Below are positions 57,998 through 64,000 of a stretch of 64,000 nucleotides of DNA, piece by piece (the first letter of the stretch is position 1; every line of letters starts with the position of its first letter). The position numbers and the translations under genes were made by a program. The stretch is taken from positions 1 through 64,000 of the forward strand of contig JBPCLO010000053.1 in the NCBI GenBank assembly GCA_051003155.1. The letters are read 5' to 3'. The notes under the pieces were generated by a model, which did not search any database, was not told the origin of the DNA, and saw only the letters and a list, made by a program, of their open reading frames with translations. This DNA is from Fimbriimonadales bacterium. Its GTDB lineage: Bacteria; Armatimonadota; Fimbriimonadia; Fimbriimonadales; ATM1.

Positions 57998-59001
57998 TTT
58001 ACGACAACATTATCCGGCCGCTTCTTTTCAGAATGGATGCGGAAACGGCCCACAATCTCGGACTATGGGCAGTTGGGTCCGGTTTTGTCGGTGGGGAAAT
58101 CGTCGATAACCCACGTCTCTCATGCACTGCCTTTGGCACACAACTGTCGAACCCGCTCGGCCTGGCTGCGGGCTTCGATAAGAATGGAGTCGCGGCCGCC
58201 CACTGGCAAGATCTGGGCTTTGGATTCGCCGAAATCGGAACCGTCACGCCCGAAGCTCAACCCGGCAACCCAAAGCCCCGCATGTTTCGATTTCCCGAGA
58301 ACGGCGCCATTATCAACCGGCTGGGCTTCAACAACAGTGGAGCGCGCGAAGTGGTGAAAAATCTGCTCGCTGCGGCTACCAGGTTTCCAATCGGCATAAA
58401 TCTTGGCAAAGGAATCGATACTCCGCTAGAAGACGCCGCAGACGATTACAAGCGCGGGGTGAAGAAGCTACAGGGCATCGCAAACTACTACGTAATTAAC
58501 GTCAGTTCGCCGAACACACCGGGCTTGAGAGACCTTCAGCAAGTCCACCGGCTCGAAGAAATCGTCGCCGCAGTTCGAGAAATATCGAACGAACGATTGT
58601 TTGTAAAGATCAGCCCCGATCAATCGGCCGACGAAATTGTAAAAATCACCGAAATGGCAATCCGCTTGGCGCTTTCCGGAATTATCGCAACGAACACAAC
58701 TATACGCCGAGTTTTTCCAACGGAAGAAGCCGGCGGATTATCGGGCAAGCCTCTGAGAGAGCGGGCGGAAGAAGTGTGCCGCCTCGTGCGACAAGTTGGC
58801 GATGGCTTGGAGATCGTCGGCGTCGGCGGGATCTTCACCGGCGAAGACCTTTACCGGCGACTCCAAGCCGGGGCAACCGTTTGCCAGATTTACACTTCTT
58901 TCGTTTATCGAGGCCGCTCGGCTGCCGCGCTCATACTGAACGAGCTCTTGCAGTGCATGGATCGCGACGGCATCTCGAGCGTCGTCCAGATTCCCCGTTA
59001 G
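57994..59001 (+). CDS. pyrD: Quinone-dependent dihydroorotate dehydrogenase (start uncertain)
   Basis: IRPLLF..DAETAH, GLAAGFDKNG, INRLGFNN, NVSSPNTPGLR, GGLSGKPL. Confidence 0.95.
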   Translation: MVYDNIIRPLLFRMDAETAHNLGLWAVGSGFVGGEIVDNPRLSCTAFGTQLSNPLGLAAGFDKNGVAAAHWQDLGFGFAEIGTVTPEAQPGNPKPRMFRFPENGAIINRLGFNNSGAREVVKNLLAAATRFPIGINLGKGIDTPLEDAADDYKRGVKKLQGIANYYVINVSSPNTPGLRDLQQVHRLEEIVAAVREISNERLFVKISPDQSADEIVKITEMAIRLALSGIIATNTTIRRVFPTEEAGGLSGKPLRERAEEVCRLVRQVGDGLEIVGVGGIFTGEDLYRRLQAGATVCQIYTSFVYRGRSAAALILNELLQCMDRDGISSVVQIPR

Positions 59002-59015
59002 GTATCCTTCACGCG

Positions 59016-59423
59016 ATGCGGCCGTCCTACTCGCCAATGATGGGTATCCTCGCTTCGGCGATTTTGGCGACATTCACCATCAGCGTGTTCGCCCGAAGTG
59101 AGCTTAGAGGGCCCGAGGGAACGATTCACCGCTATTTTATGGCTGTGCAGGCGAAGGATGCGCGGCGGGCGGCTGCATTAGCCATCGGACCTACTTCGGA
59201 GTTTATAAAATGGTCGCGCTTTTTCAGCAACGCGTTCACCGCTAGCGCCAGATACCAAATCGTGGATGTTAGGCGCAGCCGAGAAAATGCTCGAGCCGGC
59301 GTGATCCTCATTTCACCGAGCGGGCAAGAGCTTCCTCTCATCATTTCGCTTCGACGCATTGGCAAGGACTGGCGAGTGAATATGCGCGGCTGGAGCCTGC
59401 CCGCGCCAATTCGGCAATCATGA
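59016..59423 (+). CDS. Hypothetical membrane-anchored protein
   Basis: TM followed by PEGTIHRYF..; ATGA overlap with the next gene. Confidence 0.6.
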   Translation: MRPSYSPMMGILASAILATFTISVFARSELRGPEGTIHRYFMAVQAKDARRAAALAIGPTSEFIKWSRFFSNAFTASARYQIVDVRRSRENARAGVILISPSGQELPLIISLRRIGKDWRVNMRGWSLPAPIRQS

Positions 59424-59872
59424 AATACAGATCCTTACAGCGCGGCTCGACCCGCATGAACCTCATCGTCGTACTCGGCATTGCCGGTTTAGCAGCGATC
59501 TTGTTGCTGCTTACCCTAACCCAGCAATCTCCACAGGAAGCAGCAAACGAGTTTATGGAGGCTCTCGCTACGAAGGACGTGAACAGGCTGGCGGAGATGA
59601 GCTACCTCGAAAGTCCGAAGACGCCGTTAAAAGAGCAGTGGGACGTCGCTGTGAACGAACGCGCCAAGAATTTCGTGTTTATCTGGCTTTTCGAGAGCAG
59701 CCGTCAGCCGAGCCCTGAGGAGGCAGTGGTTAGGCTCACCATCTTAGAATTCCGCGGGCCGGATCCAAAGGAGTCAGAGCCATACGAGATCCCCCTGCTT
59801 AAACGAGACGGCCAGTGGAAGGTCGATCTGGCTTCGCTAACGCGAAAATTCTTCCCCGCCTTGCCCCGTTAG
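59420..59872 (+). CDS. Hypothetical membrane-anchored protein (NTF2/DUF4878-like)
   Basis: TM, SPQEAANEFMEAL...LLKRDGQWKVD. Confidence 0.7.
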   Translation: MKYRSLQRGSTRMNLIVVLGIAGLAAILLLLTLTQQSPQEAANEFMEALATKDVNRLAEMSYLESPKTPLKEQWDVAVNERAKNFVFIWLFESSRQPSPEEAVVRLTILEFRGPDPKESEPYEIPLLKRDGQWKVDLASLTRKFFPALPR

Positions 59873-60957
59873 TCTTTCACAAGAATTGCATACCGGTGGC
59901 GACTGCCGACCGGGTAGATCGCGACCCAGCACGGCTGTCTTCCTTCACTTCGCAAAGACTGTCTAAGTCGGCGGACGTCGATGGCAACTCCTCTGGTCTT
60001 GATGTCCGGGGTGGCGCCGCCTTGCGCGGACAGGTCCTTGCGGATGGATCGCTCGTGGAAGGCTCCGCTCGCCACAGTTCTATATGCAGTGAGCCAGGGT
60101 GATTGCACAAGCCGCCGTGCGGTCACGTAACCGTTCGAATCTCCCAGGAGCGCCAGACCGTGCCGTTCGGCAAGCGTGCCGAGGCAATGCGCTCGGATTG
60201 CAGCCGGGTCAGCTTCGTAGAAATATTCCACTGGTTCGGCAACCGATGCACCGGCGCCCAGCGCTTCCAACCGATCGCCGCTCTCGACCAAAACCGCCCA
60301 CCTTCCCGACTCCGAGTCCTGGCCCAGCCAGACTGTCGCCTCGCGGCACTCGCCCCCTAACGACAGAAACTCCAAGCTGGCACCCAGTTCCGCGAACGCG
60401 TCATCACTGATCATTGGGCTCAGCTTTAGGCCCGCCAACTTCAATGAAGCCATCCTCTTGGCTAGGGTGAACGGATCCGGGCTGAAATGTCCCGGGTCGC
60501 GCTCGCGCCGGCCCCCTGAACGGCGCGACGGGTCGGCGAATGCATATGAAAAGGGCCAACTCGCGAACAAGCAATCGGCAACGTGAACCGGAGCGGACAG
60601 TCCGTAGACCCCAAGATTGTGCTCCGCGTAGCGCTGGCGCTCCAGTACGATTTCGAAGCCCAAGACGGGACCCCGCTCCGCCAACGCGATCAAGTCCGCC
60701 CCTATTCCTGCGGTGAGATCGCCAACCAACTCGCCGTGCGGAAACTTCGCAGCCCTATATCGGGCGATCTTCATATGGGACGCCTGCTCCATCGCTTCGC
60801 GCACGAAGAGCATTGCGTCGGCTTTCTCGAACTTGGCCCGGGCTGCCCCGCGCAGCTTCCACTGCGTAAACGCCCATGCAGCATCCTCTGCCGAGGTCGC
60901 TATCGCTACGCGAGCGATCGCCGACGCGGATGGTTCAAGCCCGCGGGACAACTCCAA
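59869..60957 (-). CDS. Class I SAM-dependent methyltransferase with THUMP-like C-terminal domain
   Basis: LRGAARAKF, EAMEQAS, DLTAGIGAD, ADPSRR, KLSP, EADPAAIRA. Confidence 0.8.
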   Translation of the reverse strand: MELSRGLEPSASAIARVAIATSAEDAAWAFTQWKLRGAARAKFEKADAMLFVREAMEQASHMKIARYRAAKFPHGELVGDLTAGIGADLIALAERGPVLGFEIVLERQRYAEHNLGVYGLSAPVHVADCLFASWPFSYAFADPSRRSGGRRERDPGHFSPDPFTLAKRMASLKLAGLKLSPMISDDAFAELGASLEFLSLGGECREATVWLGQDSESGRWAVLVESGDRLEALGAGASVAEPVEYFYEADPAAIRAHCLGTLAERHGLALLGDSNGYVTARRLVQSPWLTAYRTVASGAFHERSIRKDLSAQGGATPDIKTRGVAIDVRRLRQSLRSEGRQPCWVAIYPVGSRHRYAILVKD

Positions 60958-60974
60958 TGCGGCGTCACGAGTAT

Positions 60975-61499
60975 CTATTCGCGCTTCGACCTATGATAAC
61001 GCCACCGCCGAACGATCGGCGTGACGAAGATGGCAACCCCCGTAATGGATAATGTTATTAGGCCAATAGCGACTACAGGAAGCCAATAAAGGTGCATCCA
61101 ATCGGCGAAATAGCTCAGGTCGTGAATGTCCTCCGCCAACTGGTCGATTCGGTGGGCGACGTTCAGGACCTTGCCGGTCTTCCCGTCGACTTGCACCTCG
61201 TGGTAGCCACGGACGCTGACGATCTTGAAAACGTTTTTGTTGGGCCGGTAGTCGATCCTATCTATATCGTCACACGTCTTCAGCTCAGGAATGTTCAAGG
61301 CAAACGCGGCGGACGCAGCCTTGTCGACGGAAACCACGTCGGCAAGGCCCTGGATTTTTTGCCCGTCGTGCGTGGGAGGCTTGACCCAACCGAACGTGTC
61401 TTTGGTGGCAAGTAGGAACCCGGTCACGGCGATCGTCGCCAGAAACAGGGCCGCGATGATGCCAACCCACCTATGGCCGGTACGAATAAAGTGATACAT
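60975..61499 (-). CDS. PepSY-associated TM helix protein
   Basis: HRWVGI...TGFLL, QVDGKTGKVL, EDIHD, ITGV. Confidence 0.82.
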   Translation of the reverse strand: MYHFIRTGHRWVGIIAALFLATIAVTGFLLATKDTFGWVKPPTHDGQKIQGLADVVSVDKAASAAFALNIPELKTCDDIDRIDYRPNKNVFKIVSVRGYHEVQVDGKTGKVLNVAHRIDQLAEDIHDLSYFADWMHLYWLPVVAIGLITLSITGVAIFVTPIVRRWRYHRSKRE

Positions 61500-61595
61500 G
61501 GAACCGTAGGAAAACTACCCGTTTGTATCGGCTCCTGCGTGCCCGGATTGCAGACCACGGGCTAAATCTTGTTTAATGTGGGTAGGTAAGGACAC

Positions 61596-61835
61596 TTGAA
61601 ACGATCGAACAGATTCGTAATCGGAACCGTACTCTTCCTGCTTCTCGCGGCGCTCATATTCATTCAATCGCGAAATACGGGCATCGAAGAGGATGGGCAC
61701 GAGCATGAAGCCACACCCACGGCGGCCACGCCCGACAAGGCGCCGCCAACGGTTGAAGACTTGCAGAAGGAAATTGGCGGAGCCGGCTCGGCCGGGGGTC
61801 CCGTCCGGCGGAAGAAGCCCGGGACCGACCCGTAA
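61596..61835 (+). CDS. Small hypothetical membrane protein
   Basis: N-terminal TM, His-rich linker, AAGGA RBS. Confidence 0.55.
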   Translation: MKRSNRFVIGTVLFLLLAALIFIQSRNTGIEEDGHEHEATPTAATPDKAPPTVEDLQKEIGGAGSAGGPVRRKKPGTDP

Positions 61836-61879
61836 CTTGGCTATAATCTAACTGCCCCTTCAGGGGCAAAATTGCCGTC

Positions 61880-64000
61880 ATGGAGGATGGCATGAACGTA
61901 CGAATGAGGCAAAGGCGCACAGTTCGCAAGGCTCGGCAGGATTCCGAGCATCGCTGGTACGACATCGCCGGGGTGGTCTTAATCGCCGCGGGCATTATCG
62001 CCATACTCAGTCTCTTGCTCCCCGACACTGGTGTGCTTGGAGGAGCAGCCGGCGGATCTCTGGAAATGCTCTTCGGCCAAGGGGCCACGGCGGTCCCGGT
62101 GATCCTCATTCTAATTGGCGGAGCGATACTGCTTGGCCGACGGTCGATCAAGATCGGCATTCTGACATGGGGCTTAGTGCTAGTTTGCTTGGCTATTCTT
62201 GGCTTCATGTCCAGAACGGGCGGCGACTACTTCGACCCGGAACATGTCGAGCAAAGCGGTGGGTACATCGGTTCGGTGATGGGCTGGAGCTTTCAGAGCC
62301 TCTTCGGATCTGCAATGGGTGTGGGGCTAGGCGCCGTCGCGATCGTGGGGCTGATCCTATGCATAAATGTCCCCGCGCAAGTCATTTTTGCCGCCCTCCG
62401 GGAGCGAGCAAAGCATCTCGCCGCGCGGAAGCAGACTTCCTGGGCGAAGCCGACGACTGTCCGACCCATACGAAACGCTTCCCCGGTCATCGACCGTGAG
62501 CCCGAGTATGAACATCCGGAAGCGTCGCGAGAGCGCGAGCGTCCGAAGCCTATGTCGCGAGACACCCTGAAGGCATCGCCTGCTACGATCTCTCCGATCC
62601 CGAAGGAAGGCTATACCCTGCCCCCGCTGAGCCTGCTTCGTGAGCCTGATCCGAAACCTAAGCGAACGCAAAGCGAAGTCCAAGAAAACATCGACATCCT
62701 CGAGTCGACGCTGGAAGAATTCGGCATCGAAGCCAACGTCGTCGAGATCGCCCACGGCCCTACTATCACGCGTTACGAAATCCAGCTCGGGCCAGGCATC
62801 CGCGTGTCGAGGATCAAGAATCTTGCCGATAACATCGCCATGAGCCTCGCAGCCAACCATGTTCGCGTGGAAGCACCGATCCCTGGAAAGGCCGCGATCG
62901 GCATCGAGGTCCCCAACCTGAAGCGAAGCATGGTCACTCTTCGCGGGGTCGCCGACTCCGACGAGTTCATGAAGGGCGCGAGCAGAGTCGTCGTCTGCCT
63001 CGGACAGGATGTGAGCGGGCGCAACCAGTACGCAGACCTGGCGAAGATGCCGCACCTTCTCGTGGGCGGGGCAACGAACAGCGGAAAATCGATCGGGCTT
63101 GCGTCGATCATTACGAGCTTGCTTCTGCGCAACACACCGAAAGACGTGCAACTCGTTCTCCTCGACCCGAAGCGCGTCGAGCTGACCTTATTCGATGACA
63201 TCCCACACCTTATGTGTCCGGTCGTCAAGGACGTCAAGCAGATGGCGGGAGTTCTCAGGCAGGTTTGGCGCGAAATGGACTGCCGATACGACACCTTCTC
63301 CGAGGTGCAAGCTCGCAATATCGAAGTCTACAACTCAAAGGCCTCGTTCGCTGATAGACTTCCCTACATCGTCGTGGTGATCGACGAACTCGCCGATCTA
63401 ATGATTCAAGCGGCAGCGGAGGTCGAAACGAGCATCTGTAGACTCGCCCAACTCGCGCGCGCAACCGGAATACACCTGGTCATCGCCACCCAGAGGCCGA
63501 GCGTCGACGTGATAACCGGCACGATCAAAGCCAATATCAGCAGCCGCATTGCGTTTTCAGTTTCATCGCAGGTCGACTCGCGGACTATTTTGGACGCGGG
63601 CGGCGCCGACCAGCTTATCGGACAGGGCGACATGCTCTTCCTGCCCATCGACGCTAATAAGCCGACCAGAATCCAGGGCTGCTACGTTTCCGAGGCTGAA
63701 ATCGCAGCTATCTGCGGCCATTGGAAAAACCAGGCCGAGCCGCACTACCAAATCGACCCGATCGCAGCCGTCGTCGAGCGCGAAGAAACAAAGATGGACA
63801 TGGAGGAGAGCGACCCGTTCTGGGAAGACGCCGTCCGATGGGTGGTCGACCGTGGGCAGGCGTCGACGTCGATGCTGCAACGGCGGTTTAGCATCGGTTT
63901 CCAGCGTGCATCCCGCTTGCTGGATTTGATGGAAGAGCGCGGCATCGTCGGCCAGCGCGACGGGCCTCGGCCCAGGGAGGTTCTGCTGTCCCCGGGCGAA
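61880..64000 (+). CDS. ftsK: DNA translocase FtsK/SpoIIIE (3' end beyond window; absent from ORF track)
   Basis: Manual translation: N-terminal TMs, EAPIPGKAAIGIEVPN, GATNSGKS, DPKRVEL, IDELADLM, ATQRPSVDVITG, LQRRFSIGFQRASRL. Confidence 0.95.
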   Translation, partial: MEDGMNVRMRQRRTVRKARQDSEHRWYDIAGVVLIAAGIIAILSLLLPDTGVLGGAAGGSLEMLFGQGATAVPVILILIGGAILLGRRSIKIGILTWGLVLVCLAILGFMSRTGGDYFDPEHVEQSGGYIGSVMGWSFQSLFGSAMGVGLGAVAIVGLILCINVPAQVIFAALRERAKHLAARKQTSWAKPTTVRPIRNASPVIDREPEYEHPEASRERERPKPMSRDTLKASPATISPIPKEGYTLPPLSLLREPDPKPKRTQSEVQENIDILESTLEEFGIEANVVEIAHGPTITRYEIQLGPGIRVSRIKNLADNIAMSLAANHVRVEAPIPGKAAIGIEVPNLKRSMVTLRGVADSDEFMKGASRVVVCLGQDVSGRNQYADLAKMPHLLVGGATNSGKSIGLASIITSLLLRNTPKDVQLVLLDPKRVELTLFDDIPHLMCPVVKDVKQMAGVLRQVWREMDCRYDTFSEVQARNIEVYNSKASFADRLPYIVVVIDELADLMIQAAAEVETSICRLAQLARATGIHLVIATQRPSVDVITGTIKANISSRIAFSVSSQVDSRTILDAGGADQLIGQGDMLFLPIDANKPTRIQGCYVSEAEIAAICGHWKNQAEPHYQIDPIAAVVEREETKMDMEESDPFWEDAVRWVVDRGQASTSMLQRRFSIGFQRASRLLDLMEERGIVGQRDGPRPREVLLSPGE

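Noticed and set aside
12454..59423. Long N-terminal extensions in the ORF track (13098, 15967, 24271, 25131, 39140, 40732, 50773, 53954, 58776)
   Set aside because: They overlap neighbouring genes or repeats; downstream starts fit family N-termini and RBS or -10 signals better.
6461..63945. Long antisense or alternate-frame ORFs (e.g. 21600-22634, 37602-38711, 50742-52049, 62357-63151)
   Set aside because: Shadows of well-supported genes in GC-rich DNA, with no recognisable motifs.

Overview
GC-rich bacterial chromosome segment, probably Armatimonadota (Fimbriimonadia-like). This is inferred from DUF1559-type prepilin-like genes, short hydrophobic signal peptides, and waaA co-occurring with cdaA/cdaR. 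Bases 1-14527 are the right end of a genomic island. It ends at a displaced 3' half of tRNA-Arg(TCT) (attR-like) next to an intact tyrosine integrase, and carries an arsR-czcCBA-YHS metal-efflux operon plus a ~5.5 kb patchwork of gene fragments interleaved with a repeat family that looks like decayed ends of a second integrative element. The rest is mostly core genome (dapB, dxs, waaA, cdaA-cdaR, der, ku-ligD, hutU, aroQ, queA, mtnA, panC, aspS, pyrD, ftsK). The most notable observation is a probably secreted FG-GAP/VCBS beta-propeller gene (19411-20661, minus). The ORF track splits it in two, but it reads through one in-frame TGA followed by a Cys codon and a SECIS-like hairpin, making it a candidate selenoprotein with a vicinal Sec-Cys motif. 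Several genes also look leaderless (-10 box 5-7 nt before the start codon), and three may start at ATA. All calls come from reading motifs by eye; no database searches were run.
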